A DNA stretch of 64,000 bases from Octopus sinensis (lineage: Eukaryota): positions 88,846,001 to 88,910,000 of the forward strand of contig NC_042998.1 in assembly GCF_006345805.1 (NCBI RefSeq). Direction: 5' to 3'. How positions within the stretch are numbered: the first letter of the stretch is position 1; each line of letters starts with the position of its first letter. Positions 11,142 through 25,109 of this stretch are shown in pieces. Made by a program: the position numbers and the translations under genes. The notes below the pieces were generated by a model, which was given only the letters and a program-made list of their open reading frames with translations, made no database searches and had not been told where the DNA came from.

Positions 11142-11985
11142 CAAAGGGGTACTCAAAAGTAACCGGAAACATTCTCTGTTGGACAAGCTAATTGTAGTTC
11201 TGGCTTCTGCTTCTAGAAGCCACTTGATGCAACCCTCAGGCATCAGTTTACCAACTGGTTTCATTGGGTGATTTTGTACTGCCACTTGGTGTGTCTTTGT
11301 TTTGCATTGCTTCTCCCCTGTTTGTTGATTTTTGCGATGGCTAAAACAAAGGAACAGCATGCTTCTGTGAAATTCTGTTTTGTGCTGGGGAAAATTCAAA
11401 TAGTTTACAAAGATGCTGTCATGAGCAAAACACAAGTTTACGAGTGGTTTTCATGCTTTAGGAATGGTCACTTGTCGCTTGAAGACCAACCTCGTTCTGG
11501 GCAACCGTTAACCTCCCAAACGAATGGAGGGCCATCGCTGAACAATTGACAAACTTGTTGATATGATTGGTGTGTCATGGAGCACCTGCCAACGAATTTT
11601 GAGCAAGGAATTGCGAATGAAAAGAGTTGCAGCAAAATTTGTGCCTCACTTGCTCACGGAAGATCAAAAGCAATTATGACTGAATGCATATCATGAACTG
11701 AAAGAAAAGTTGGATGTTGAGCTGGGCCTTTTTTCCAAAGGTCATCACTAGTGATGAAAGCTTGTGCTACAGAATTTGCAGATGTGGAAGACATGAAGAA
11801 AAAACAATGAAGGCATTAAAAGGCATCACTTCATAAGTGTTCAAGGACTGCTTTAAACATTAGAAAACACATCTGGATTGATGCATTGCTTCAAATGGAG
11901 AATAATGTGATGGCAATAAAAGTGTAAACATGTAAAACTAAGTGAATAAAATAATATTGCAAACTTACTCCTGGTTTTTTTTGGG
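11142..11985 (+). mobile_element. Internally deleted, degenerate mariner element
   Basis: TA then TIR-like CAAAGGGGTACTCAAAAGTAACCGGAA; translations EQHASVKFCFVLGK, VYEWFSCFRNGHLSLEDQPRSGQP, AAKFVPHLLTEDQK, VITSDES; decayed right TIR. Confidence 0.9.
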
Positions 11986-12283
11986 TTGTAGTTTCAGATT
12001 CAGTCCCACTTCAAGGCACTCTGGATGAGTCTTTTCTACTATAGTCCAGGAAGACCAAAGCATTGTGAGTGAAGTTGGTAGACAGAAACTATGTGGTAGC
12101 TTGGCATAAAAAGCACCCACTGTGCTCATGGAGTGGTTGGCGTTAGGAAGGGCATCCAGCTGTAGAAACACTGCCAGATCAGACTGGAGCTTGGTGCAAC
12201 CTCCTGGCTTCCCAGACCCCGGTCAAACTGTCCAGCCCATGCTAGCATGGAAAATGAACGTTAAACGATGATGATGATGATGA
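11985..12283 (+). mobile_element. SINE family A with alternative 3' module ending in (GAT)n
   Basis: GAGTGGTTGGCGTTAGGAAGGGCATCCAGCTGTAGAAAC...GTTAAACGATGATGATG; the module also occurs at 27115-27290(-), 29740-29920, 36730-36900, 37205-37360 and 63970-end. Confidence 0.8.
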
Positions 12284-12324
12284 TATATATATATATGCAT
12301 ACACTTTATATATATATATCTATG

Positions 12325-12551
12325 CATTAAGTGGCACTCCATCAGTTACGACAGTGAGGGTTCCAGTTGATCCAATCAATGCAATAGCCAGCTTATGAAA
12401 TTAACGGGCAAATGGCTGAGCACTCCACAGATATGCATACTCTTAACATAGTTCTAATGCCTTGCTTAAGGACAGACTATATGCTGTCAAGAATTGAACT
12501 CATGACCTTACACTCATGAGCTGAATACTCTAACCACTAAGCTGTACACCT
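12325..12551 (-). mobile_element. tRNA-derived SINE, family C fragment
   Basis: Reverse strand begins GGTGTACAGCTTAGTGGTTAGAGTATTCAGCTCATGAGTGTAAGGTCATGAGTTCAATTC (A/B-box-like). Confidence 0.6.
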
Positions 12552-13269
12552 TCACAATATGCATACATACATACATATACATACACACATACTTATATAT
12601 ATACACACACACACACACACACATTGAGAAAGAGCAATAATATCCATATCTCTGAAATGATTATGTTGCTGTTCTTCATCCCGATAATCATCACATAGAA
12701 TTTCCTCTGATTTAGGAAGAAAGACTGTCTGCATGCTTGCAGTAGAACTACAAGGAGGTTTTGCAATTTTGAAGATGGTTGTCAAAAATTGCTTCTACCA
12801 TTGTTGCTTCCTATTGAGCATCATTTTGTAATTGGCCTCACCTAAAACATTTTCACCTGCATGTAACACAAATGTGACCAATCACTACCCAAAGCTGATG
12901 AAATTATTGTGGTTGTCTAATTTCATGTAAGTCCACTTTTGAGACATTCCTATTGACTGAGATGAGCTATTCAGGTAAACAATTCTCAAAATGTCATCAA
13001 AACTTAATATGGTTGTATCTTTCAAAAGAAATACTTCTCCTTGTTAACCATTTTGTTCTGTTCCATTCATAATATTTAGGAACTTGAAAATAATGTAACA
13101 GTTGGGCGAATGTATCATCTTGGCAAAGTTTAAAAAAGATGTATACTGTAAATGTCATGTCTCTTGGAATTAGAGCTTGTATCCTAGTTGTAATTGGGTA
13201 TTAATATGCATAGAAATACACAAAAGTCACAAACATACTGATAGAAAACACAAACACACACATATACAC

Positions 13270-14040
13270 ACATGGTAATCGGCAGGCCTAAAGTTCAGTT
13301 AAGAGATGACAAAAGTCTCAGCAAAACAGCAAACCAAGCACTTCTATTAATTGGGAAGCAGTAGCCATGCTTGATATGAGCTAAGGTGTTGGTAGGAACT
13401 CTATAATATGTACCTAAAACAAGCAATGAGTATACAAAGGGTGCAATTAAGATAACAGGATGGCTGACAGAAAAGGATTTTATATTTCATAGGCACATGC
13501 AGGAGTCATGAGCAGGAAGTGCATTGAAGAAGTGCTTCTCATACATAGGTACCCTAATCAGTTGTGAAGGTGGATGTGGTAAAAGTATAACAGCCAGCTA
13601 AAAGATGGGATGGCAAAAGTTCAGGGTGTAATTTCTTCTATCAGCACAAAGAGTTTCTGTCAATGAGTGAAGGCCATACTGTATGGTGCTTGTATAGGGA
13701 GTGCTAAAGGTGTACAAAGGTTGGAAAGAGATGAAGCAAGCATGTTCTATTGGATATGCAATGTGAGCTTGATGTATATTGAGAGAATAAAAGTCAGTAT
13801 TAGTAGCATCATTACAAAATACTGCTCTCGTATGGACATATGACATATGATGCATAAGAGGAATTTGGGGGGGGTGAAAAGTGTCAAACAATGAAACCAG
13901 AAGTCCACAGAAGAAGAAGATTGAAAGATGACATGAGTAAAAGTGGTAAGGTTTGAGTGTAGGATTCTGGATGAAAGAACTTGACTTAGAACCATGACAA
14001 ATTGACTATGTCAGCATGAAATGGTATCATGGATGTACAG
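13270..14040 (+). mobile_element. Highly degenerate RTE-clade LINE, region after the RT core
   Basis: Broken frames FSYIGTLISCEGGCGKSITAS*KMGWQKFR and RLERDEASMFYWICNVS. Confidence 0.7.
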
Positions 14041-16129
14041 AATGATGATGATTTTTAAGATCTTTTATTGACTTACACTGTAAACTTTGGGACCAAATTG
14101 GAAGCTGTAAATATTTTATTATTATTTCGTTATTCACTTGAAGCGTTGTTTGTTTTCCCTAATATTTCCACTCAATTCTTTGCTGTTGGTCTTGATTTGA
14201 AGGAAGCAAGTGTTGTTTTTTTTAAAATCATTCAATCATTTTCATGTCAACTTTCTAGGTTATATATAGAAATACATTTCTGGCATATAGATAGGAATAC
14301 AAAAGATGAAATTAATTATTCTGGAAAATACAGACAACTTAAGCAATTGTTCTTTTGTAAGTATTGGCATGTAATTGCTTTTCTGCTGGAAAAAAAAAAG
14401 GAAATGAAAATTCTTTAATGATGCACTTAGAAAGATGAAGCCCAAGATAAATATATTTTGCTATCTGGTATTTTCAATAAGTTGGTTCTTAATTAATAGT
14501 TATCTTCCTTTAAAAAATAATATCTTCCTTTAAAAAAAAAAAATCAAAATTGACACTTATTCATTTCAAGTGATAGGAGTTGATGAATCATAACCAAAAT
14601 AAATAATTGAACACTTATTTTCAGGTTCTTTGAAAGGTGAAAGCTTTCTTTTAATTGAAACCAGTGATAAAGTGTTTAAACGGGATTACCTAAATTCATA
14701 ATGTTTATATGTCAAAATGAAATTAGTCCAGAGTGTAGTTGTAAAGAAAAGAGTTGCAAACAAAGTCTATGCTCTCTCTTTCTCTTGTACCTCTATATCT
14801 CTAATAAAATCATGTGCAGATTTATAAAAAAAAAAGCCTAAAATTTAACTGTCTGCAACTATTTGATATATTTCTATTTTTAATAAGTTTGGCATTTGCT
14901 GTACATTTTTTTGTATCAGTTTTATATAAATTCAATTGTTTTAAATATTCTACTTATGTTTTGTTTGTATAGCTTTTATGTATTCATTTAACCATCATTT
15001 ATTTAAGTGCACTGGGTTCAAATTTTTCTGCTTGTGACAATAGAATTTGTTTAAATTACTATTACCATATTGATAAAAGATTTTGTGGTTGGGAGGCAAA
15101 AACAGAATATTAATAGTTTGATATATATATTATTTGTGTGTGTGTAGTTTTTCGTAAAAAAAAAAGTGCAAATATGTATTTATGTTTAGAAGTAGGTATA
15201 GAAGGACTGTTTCTCAAATAACATAAGAAAATTGAAGAAGTGTGTATATATGTGTGTAATTTGAGTGTTCACTTGGGACTTAAATGTGGCATGGTGCCAA
15301 TGGTTAACAAAAACTAATAGAAAGACCAACAGCAAAATCGATGGTGTTATAACTTGAAAAGGTTAGAGATAGTTAATGTGTCAGGCATTGTCCTGTATTT
15401 GTTGGTTAGCTTTATTTCCATTTTTCCGTGTTTTCATGGGTTTGAGGAATATATTACATTGAGGCATGTTTTATTTGAGGCTGATTTACAGCTTAATGCC
15501 CTCCATGACCTGTTTTTCATTTATATATACTTGCACCTTGGGCAGGTAAAATCTACAATCTCAGGTTGTTCAATTTCTAGTTAGTGAACTTGGTAAGCAG
15601 AAACTCTACGAGCCTGTCATGTGTGTGATGTTTCCATCCTTCATTTCATTAAAACTGGTGACTTTAGTTGACAGTTCTTTGACAAGTTGTCCACTAGCTC
15701 TGCACTTTCAATGATGCATGGTATAAAATAATCTTGTTCTTAAAAAATTTGTAAAGATTAGGGACAGGAAGTATATACCCCCTGTAAAACAACACTCCAA
15801 TAAAATGTATTCATCTAACCCATTCTAGTGTGGAAAAATAGATCTCAGCTTGTGTGAATCATTTCTCAGAGTTCTCGTCTCTAATCTTTTCATCTCCAAC
15901 CCTCTGAAGGTTGGAGATGAGAATCTCTGAATATTTTTCCATACTACATAACAGTATTGAGTACTGTCTTTCATTTTGTTGCTCTTCTCAGATTACAACA
16001 TACATTTGTCTCTTTCTTCCTTCTCTCTTTCGTCTCTCTCTCTCTCTCTCTCACCTCTTCCCTTTCTCTGGTGTCTTGTGAGTGTGAGATTGCTGGTTTA
16101 CTTGATTATGATCTAACCATGAGACATTC

Positions 16130-16690
16130 TTTGGAAATGGAGATGAACGTATTAACCGTCTCTTAAGTGAATGCTGTAAGCTGACAAAAAAGGAGTATCA
16201 CTGCAGGCATGTCTGTTGGTAAAAGGGTACATTTGGATGTTAGCTATGTTTATGGATCTGAAGTGACAAAAAAAGTGGTATGAACATAAGCCAGAATCTG
16301 TGATGGTGAATGATAATTACATGACTTTATGGAATTTCTCCCTTAGAGTCTGAGCATATTATTGAAGCAAGGAGACCAGATGTGATCATAGGGTGGGGAG
16401 ATGTGTAAGATCATAGACTTAGCTGTACTGTATGATAGAATGGATATCAAAGAAAGTGAGAAATATCAAGACTTTGCCAGAGAGGTGAAGAAATTGTGGA
16501 ACACAAAGGTTACTATTGCTTCTGTGGTAACTGATGCAACTGGCACTACATCCTAACTGCTATGTAAATGGCTGAAGGGTATCAGAACTGAGACACTTAC
16601 TGTAAACCTGCAGAAAAATATCCTGTATTCTGAAAGAATCCTTAGAAAGATTCTTGAAATTAGAAAAGACTTATTGTCATCAAAGCCCAG
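16130..16690 (+). mobile_element. R4/Dong-like LINE 3' fragment (zinc-knuckle remnant plus restriction-like endonuclease)
   Basis: LLSECCKLTKKEYHCRH, HIIEARRPDVII, CKIIDLAVLYDRMDIKESEKYQDFAREVKKLWNTKV (PD..D type). Confidence 0.8.
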
Positions 16691-16754
16691 GATAACATTT
16701 CTATTAATAAAATTAATATGAAATGGCTTTTGAGTTGTTGTAATAATAAGAATA

Positions 16755-17360
16755 ATGGTTTCAAATTTTGGCATTGGGCCAGCAGTTTTTGAGGGAAGGG
16801 GTAAACTCTAGAACTAGCCTGAAAGGATGAGAGGCAAAGATGACCTCAGTGGAATTTGAACTCAGAACATAAATATGGATCAAATGCCACTAAGTACTTT
16901 GTCTGGTGTCCTAATGATTCTACGAGCTTGCTGTCGTCATGATAATAATAATAATAATAATAATGATGATAATAATATAATAATAATAATAACGATAGTA
17001 ATAATGATAATCCTTTCTACTAGAGGCAAAAAGCCTGAAATTTTGGGGAAGAGGGCTAAGTCGATCTGGGTGGAATTTGAACTCAGAACATAAAGACGGA
17101 CAAAATGCCACTTAGCATTTTGCCCAGCATGCTAGTGATTCTGCCAGCTAATAATAATTGTAATAACCCTTTCTCCTAAAGGCATAAGGCCTGAAATTTT
17201 GCATCAACCCCAGTGTTTCACTGGTACTTAGTTTATTGACCTCGAAAGAATGAAAGGCAAAGTTAACCTCGACAGAATTTGAACTCAGAATGTGAAGGCA
17301 GATGAAATGCCGCTAAGCACTTTGCCCAGTGTGCTAACGATTCTGCAAGCTCGTCACCTT
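16755..17360 (-). mobile_element. Three tandem family B SINE copies separated by (TAA)n
   Basis: Repeated GGAATTTGAACTCAGAA blocks at ~16851, 17072 and 17274; further copies at 17770-17985 and 18800-18970. Confidence 0.8.
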
Positions 17361-17383
17361 ATCGTAATAATAATAATAGTAAT

Positions 17384-17738
17384 AACACTCAGAGAGCTCA
17401 AATCTCTGCCACAGCAACACCAACTCCTCTCAATGATTAGCCAAAGATGATTTTTAAAATGAGAATATCTGAAATAAACTTGACTGCTCTCATAAATGAG
17501 AATACTAAAAATGAACCTGACCACTCTCAAAAATTAAGTTAAAAAACCAGAAAAATAATCCAGAATCCTTGTCTGGTACTGGATCAATCCCCAAATCTAA
17601 TCAGTTTGTGCAAGTCACAAGGCCAAGCATCCCTGAAAGTTTCATTCAAATCCATCCAGTGGTTCTTGAGACATCTTGTCTGCTGACAAACAAACAAGCA
17701 TGACTGAAAACAATACCTCCACCTTAGCAAAGGCAGAA

Positions 17739-17741
<3 letters not shown>
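17384..17741. mobile_element. Non-autonomous Helentron-like (HINE/DINE-type) element
   Basis: Terminal hairpin TACCTCCACCTT-AGCA-AAGGCAGAAGTA (17714-17741), a related subterminal motif near 17401, internal short direct repeats and a (CAAA)n patch. Confidence 0.5.
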
Positions 17742-17770
<29 letters not shown>

Positions 17771-18034
17771 CCTTTCTACTGAAGGCAGAAGGCCTTGAAA
17801 TTTGGTGGGAAGGGACTAGTCGATTACATCAACCCCAGTGTTTCACTAGTACCTGATTTATTGACCCTCAAAGATGAAAGGCAAAGTCAACCTTGATGGA
17901 ATTTGAACTCAGAACATAGCAGCAGACGAAATACCACTAAGCATTTAACTCAGCATGCTAACTATTCTGCTAGCTCACCACCTTAAATAATAATGATGAT
18001 GATGATGATAATAATAATGATAATAATACCACCT

Positions 18035-18400
18035 TCTAATCAACATATCAGTCCCAATGTGTGACAATGTTCCTCTAAAAGAATTGGATGAACTATCAAA
18101 ATACAAAGATCCGTATATAGAAATAACCTGAATGCAGAATCTGTTAACAGAATCAGTCCTAATGATAACAGGTGTTTAAGGTATGTTAAAAAAAAAACAG
18201 GCAGACATAACCAAAACCTTAGGACTTACAAATATATAATACATACTGAAAATAGCGTTTCTAGACACTGCATGCATCTTACACAGAGCTTTTTTCATAC
18301 AATAAAAATAATTCACTGAAACAAATCACAGCACATGCCCAAGGCAGAAAGTTGCACCCAGTAACACAGTAAAAACATGCAATGAAAATAAAACTACTGA
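18035..18400 (+). mobile_element. R4/Dong-like LINE 3' fragment
   Basis: ISVPMCDNVPLKELDELSKYKDPYIEIT, flanked by (TAA)-like repeats. Confidence 0.65.
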
Positions 18401-18414
18401 ACAATAGTAGTAAT

Positions 18415-18600
18415 AAGGGATTGCAATATAGGTTGATCACTTGCAGAAAACAACACAACTAGGAACAGCTTGAATACTCCAGAGGCTGCTTGAAAAAGAA
18501 GGGGTGTTACCTCAGTTCCCTGGTAGTGAACAGCTGACACCATAATACATCACCAGCATTGGGAGCTGAGCAAAGAAAATAATATGATAGGAGGAATAAT
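18415..18600 (+). mobile_element. R4/Dong-like LINE extreme 3' end
   Basis: DHLQKTTQLGTA*ILQRLLE, then short 3' UTR and TAA-like tail. Confidence 0.6.
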
Positions 18601-20205
18601 AACAATAGTAAGAATAACAATGTAACAAAATCTGGTTCTAATGATTCTACACACACAATACATAAGAATGAACTGTTGGAGCATACTTTTTTAAAGCTGG
18701 TTTCAGTACTTTTATCATCTTAACCACTATAAATGAAACTGGAGTAGAAATATTCAACTAGGTTGAGTTAACATACGAGGGGGTACTGAAACCAACTTTG
18801 CAGGGAGGGTTAGGTTGGCTGCATTGATTCTACTACTTGTGCTGTATTTTTTACCCTGAAAAGACAAAAGGCAAAGTTGGCTTCAATGGTATTTGAACTC
18901 AGAACAAAACAGTTGGAAGAAATGCCACTAAATATTTTGTCAGACACATTATGATTCTGCCAGCTCATCATTTTATATTCTAATGATAATATATTAATAA
19001 TATTTTAATTCCAGTTCCTGTTCTAGAAGTTATTTGAGGAGTTCAAGTGCTAATGCACCTACAAGCCCATTGCTTGTTGGCACAAGTCACTTAGGTGTCC
19101 AATTTCTAATTCAGTGTATATGAAGTAGCCTTGTTTTCAATAGGTCTCTTATTACCATCTAGGTGATGCACTAGTCAGCTAATTTCACAATAAACCTTAA
19201 CAGATGAATTGAAACCAGTGTGTCATCCCAACAATTTCTCTTGATATAAAAACATAGTACCTGACAAAAGACCTGGGGAGCAAGCTAAGAAAAACTCAAC
19301 CTATTTGTGAATGTTTTACACTTGGAATATCATGGAAAGAACTGTAAATCTCAAAGGAGCAAAACTAAATGACTTTATTCAAATTTGTAAAATCATTTGA
19401 ATGGTGTTATATTGGACATATAGCAGAACCATAAAAGTTAACAGACTTGAATTCTATGGGACTGTAAAAATTGACTACATGCAAGATTGAAAGAAATTAG
19501 AGAGATGTAACAAAAGTTGAAGATTAGACACCCTGAGCTGAAAGTTATGGAAAAAGGTTTTTACCCAGCAATGAGAGATTAATGGCTGATATTATTGAAA
19601 TACTCTCTTTAATGTAGGATGCATCAAATAGCTAACTAGTATAAAATAATGCAGTGCGATTAGTCATTGACTAATATTATTTTGTTTCTTTCATTAAGTA
19701 TAGGAGATAATCCAAGACATGTTTCAGACCTTTTTAGCATGGCATGTATTTATCATATTTGTTGAAATAGTGATGGAAAAATGGATTTTTTTTCTATTGT
19801 TGCAAAATATTTTGTGCATGGATAATATTTGTTGTTGACTAAAAAAGAAATAAAAGAACATAAGGAGAAATAAAAGTAGGGGGACCCAGTAGTGTGATCT
19901 GATACTGAACTCTAGCTAAATGATCAATTTCACAAATTTCTTTAGTGAAAAAATAAATATTAATGATTTTTAACGCAGAATAAAAATAAAAAATAATGAT
20001 CTTTAACAGGCAGAAGACTACAAGTTTATAAGGAGCAGTGTAATCAATAAAAATTACTTTAGTTCTATATTCAAATACATTTTCTTGAAACCTTGGTGGT
20101 TAAATAGAAAAACGAACCTGAAGTGATATTTGAACTTTGAACAGAATTAAATTTGTAAAATATTTAATCCAGTCACTCTGTTGCTGTCTTCACTTCCTTA
20201 ATGAC

Positions 20206-20236
<31 letters not shown>

Positions 20237-21126
20237 GTTTCAAATTTTGCCACAAGGGCAGCCATTTTGGGGAAGTGGAGAGTCGATTGCATCAACCCCA
20301 GTGTTCAACAGGTACTTGTTTTATTGACCCCGAAAGGATGAGAGGCAAAGTCAACCTTGGTGGAATTTGAACTCAGAATGTAGCGACAGGTGAAATGCCG
20401 CTAAGCATTTCATCCAGCGTGCTAACAATTCTGCCAGCTTGCCACACATCTGCAAATGTGAGTTTGTTGGAATGTGGGCCAAACTCATTAGGTGTTTCTC
20501 ATTGAAAACAAAACAAAATATTTTTCTTTCTAAAACTTCTGACTAGGAAATAATTTTATACTCAGTGTGAACAAGATATCAAAACTCTGTCCAATGCTCT
20601 AATTCATTTCAAGGAACACTTTTCTCAAACAATTGTAATCATAGATTAGTTGTATGACAACTATTGTCAAGTTATTCGGCCCTAGAAGTTGACAATTCAA
20701 AATTGGATTGCTCTTATTGTTTTTGTTGTTGTTGTTATTAGTCCAGGATATTATACTTGGTGCAAAATCATATTCATTTGAATATCCATTTGTATATTAT
20801 AAACACTAAGCCATTTATTGTTGGCATCTCTGGAACTTTTATGAGTTTTACAGTAACTATATGCTTAGTGCCACAAGAGAGAGGGGATGGGGAGAGAGAG
20901 CATGCTTACTATTTAATTATTTAAATACTTGGATATCTGCTAATAAAATATTTATAGCTTCGTTTGAACTTATTTAGAGAGAATGCAAGGCTAATCATTT
21001 TAGATCTATGTAAATATTTTTTTTTTTTTTACATCTGTTAATGACATCCAATTCACTCATTGCATTATTTTGTTAATCCATAGAAACAGTATATCTGGTG
21101 TTGAAGGAAAATTATTTTTCCTAGTT

Positions 21127-21158
<32 letters not shown>

Positions 21159-24100
21159 TTCACACACACACACACACACACACTCACACATGCATGCACA
21201 TGCATGCACACACACACGTACACACACGGTTTTTGTAATCATAGTTAGTATTTGTAACATGTGAATAATTTCATTGTCACATAGTACTTTCCAAATTCTA
21301 ATTTTTCAGTTCTGAAAAGTAGTAGTAGTAGTAGTAATAGTAGTAGTAATAGTACTGCTGGCTGTGGAAAAGGAGCTCCTGGCAAACAAAGACCCTGACC
21401 TGGTTATAGCCATTTCACCTTGTTTATGTTGCTGGTGATCTTGAGAAAGAACAGAAATGTGATGCAATCTCATTTTTCTTCCCTTAGAAATTTGAAGCTC
21501 TATGTTTATGAAAGGAGTCAGTTATAATGGGCAGGCTGTGTAAAAGGATTAGAAATATCAATAGAAAATAAATAAATAAATAAATAAATAAATAAATGTA
21601 AAAACTCTTTTGTTACAATTTAACACTTTGAGAAACAAATATAGAATGAAGCAAAATAGCAGTTCAGATGAATGAAACTTAAGCAGTTATCATTTTTTTT
21701 CTTGTTACAATAGCAAAAAGTTAAAAAGCAACCATTTGTTAGTGTTATCAGTTGCTGTTAAACTGTGCCACCATGCTAGTTACACAGCTTGTTGCTGAAG
21801 ATATTATAGGTGTTTATTTTTTGTATGTATGAAGCAGTTTTATTTCCCTGTAAATGGTGAATTTAATGAGCATAAGATTATTAACTAAGCAACATGAATG
21901 TATGTTCTTAACCCCTCCCTTGGCCACTTCTTCATCATCTCTATTCATAACATTTTTATTTTTCGCTTGGATGACTGTGAGAAAATATCCCTTTCCTTGA
22001 CCTTGATAATCATTTTTTGGTTTCAACCATTTCATTTAATTCTGGATTTTCCTTATCCTTCTTCTACTCCATTTAGCTTGTACTTGTACTCATAACAATT
22101 TCATAACTCAAATTTCACTGTGCTTGATTTTATGTCATTATTTTAGCTTCACCAAGTGCACTATCTCTGTCTCCAGTTTATATTACATATTCAGCATATC
22201 ATATTCACCATTTTTTCCTTCTTTTGCAGAATATCTTTATTAAATCTTATATTTCACTGTTAATAGAGTGCAGCACTTCTAATTTAAGCACCTAAATCAG
22301 GAAACTAACATTTTGTGTTGGCAAAATTCAATTCTAGATAACTTCTGAAAAATTCTCTTATCTCCCTTTCTCTCTCTCTTTTTTTTTAAGTACTGATTGA
22401 TTTGTGAGATGTGCTTTATGGATGTCTTTATGTTGTTTAGTCCCAGAATACATTTCTTTTTTCGAGCAGACCTATGGTGAAGGGCGATTCAAACTGTGAC
22501 TATTCTGCTTTAGATGTGTTGAGGATTATATATCTTGTGTGTCCTTTACTGGATTAACTTGCTGGAAATTTGGCTGCTGTTTCTAACAGATAACATGACT
22601 TTCTAAAGGCTCTCATTGACTCCTCATTCATGATTATATAACTCGTGTATCAGAAATTTTCTTGCTACACTATAAATTAATATTTTGTAAGGTTTTCGCT
22701 TTTAATTATATAATCTTCACTAATGGTAGATGCATTATAATTCTTCTAATATGTCTACTTTGGAAACTCAATTATTTTATGGAAATTCTTTCATCAGATT
22801 TCTTCTTTCTTTTAATGTCTAAAGTTAGCTTTTTCATCAAGGTGTAAATTTTTATTAAAAAATAGTGCAAATGTTTCTACATAACTTGGAAGTGGTTTCA
22901 TAAGAAAAAGCAATTTGAAAATAGGCAATTTTTTTACATTATATTTTATTTCTATTGAGTTAAATTTCCACCAAGGTCAACTTTGCTTTTTATTCTTTCA
23001 GGGCAGATAAAATAAATACCAGTTTAGCACTGGTGTTGATGTAATTGACTTAACCCCTCCTCCAAATTACTAGCCTTGTGCTAAGATTTTTAACCAGTTT
23101 ATTTTGTTCAATGTCCAATATTTTAAATCTGGATTTGTCCCTGTTAATGGGGGTAGCCAGATCTACCTTACTCTTACAGCAACCACTCACACCATCTTGC
23201 TATCTCACCCAGTTTTGAGTGTCCTCCCTCCTCAAACCAACCCTCCCAATCTCCTCCTCCTCCACCTTTTCTTTAGTTGACCTCGTTTCCACAGTTCATT
23301 CACTCCAAACTCAAGCACTCTCCTCAAAAAAGAATAATAAAGAAATAATTATTATGATGCCCTTTAGGGTAACATGTTGGCTGAATCGTTAGTGCACTGA
23401 AAAAAAATGCTTAGCAGCATTTCTTCTGGCTCTTTATATACTGAGTTCAAATTCTGAAAAAGGTTGACTTTGCCTTTCATCCTTTGAAAGTTGATAAACT
23501 CAGTAGCAGTGAGCACCAGGCTGAATGTAATCAACTGATGCTCCCACCCTAAAATTGCTTATCTTGTACCAAAACTTGAAACAATTATTATAAGTGTTCC
23601 TTAAGTTGATTACACCTTCATTATTTTAAGTTTCATGCCAGACATCAGTCATAAGTGGTATATCGATTATAAACTGAATAGTGACTTCAATGCTAATGGC
23701 CTTTCTTGAAGTCACTTTTTATGTTTATGTCTAGTTATTCCATCTGGTGCTATACTTGGTAACTTACACTTGTTCTTATAGTGTTATTACAATATTATTT
23801 CTGTTTTTGTTTCTTTAAATTCAAATTGTTTATAGTTTTTGACAGAATACAAAATTTTGTGGCTGTACACTTTTCACATTGCTTGGTGCTGTTGATGGAA
23901 AAATTTACAGAGGCCTTCTTTCTTTAGTTCTAAAGGTAGTAGCTTTTAAAATATAGGCATCAGTTTCTAAAATTGCCTTTGCTCATACTTATATAGGTTT
24001 TTTTTTTTTCTTTTGTCTGACGGCATGCAGCTTGTTGAGGGTTGAGTTTGGCTTTGTATAACTTTGTAAACAAAGGCTTCTGCTTCCTATACCTACACAT

Positions 24101-24865
24101 ATACATATAGATACATACAGAGAGAAAAAGGGAAGAAGAGAGAGAAATGGGTGGGGTGTGTTTGTAGTTTGCAAATACCATTGGGAGTTCAACTATCAAT
24201 ATATAATATCAAGACTGTTTACCAGTACTCAGTTCATTATTACTTGTGATATAGATTTTGGGCACTTTTCCTTCCTATTTATAATTCTGTAAAGTTTTAT
24301 AAGAGAAGGTAATGAAATACTGTAATAGGTATGAAACAACATGAGTGTGTTTGTGTAAAATAAACAGACCAGTTTTTAGATAACTTTCTGCAGAAATTGT
24401 TTATTGATTGCTTCATTCATTCATTCAACATATGTTTGTCCATGCTGGCATGGGATAGATGAATACATATTACTGAAGCATTGTTTTACAGCTCAATGCC
24501 CATTCTGTCATTAACCCTTATCTGTTTTTCAAGGAAGGGATAATTTTATTCTGCATGACTCTGAAAAGCATAGGGCTATGAGATGATTTTGTTGACAGGG
24601 AATGTCATAAACATCATTTTCCATGCAAAAGTGAAGAATGTAAATATTCACACAGATACACACTCATGTGCACACACACACACACACACACACACACTGT
24701 ACATACTTGCATGCAAAAATACTCATAACAATCCCTGCCTTTCCCTCCAGTACAGGTGCCATGATAAAATCACCCAGTCCATGGTGTGACGTGTTTGGCA
24801 TTAGGAAGGGTATCCAGTTGAAAAAATGTTGCCAAAGCAGACATTGGGAACAGACTGATGTTTAC

Positions 24866-24900
<35 letters not shown>

Positions 24901-25073
24901 CACACGTATACAACAGGTTTCTTTCAGTTCCTCTCTATTAAATCCATTCACAAAGCTTTGGTCATCCTGATGCTATAGTAGATGTTACATGCCCAAGGTG
25001 CCACACAATGGGATTGAACCTGGATTCATATGATTGGGAAGCATACTTCTTACTAAACAGCCATGCCTGCACC

Positions 25074-25109
<36 letters not shown>

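Noticed and set aside
19204-19243. ELKPVCH after an AG, resembling hyccin LLEPVCH
   Set aside because: Followed by PNNFS and a stop; weak acceptor context
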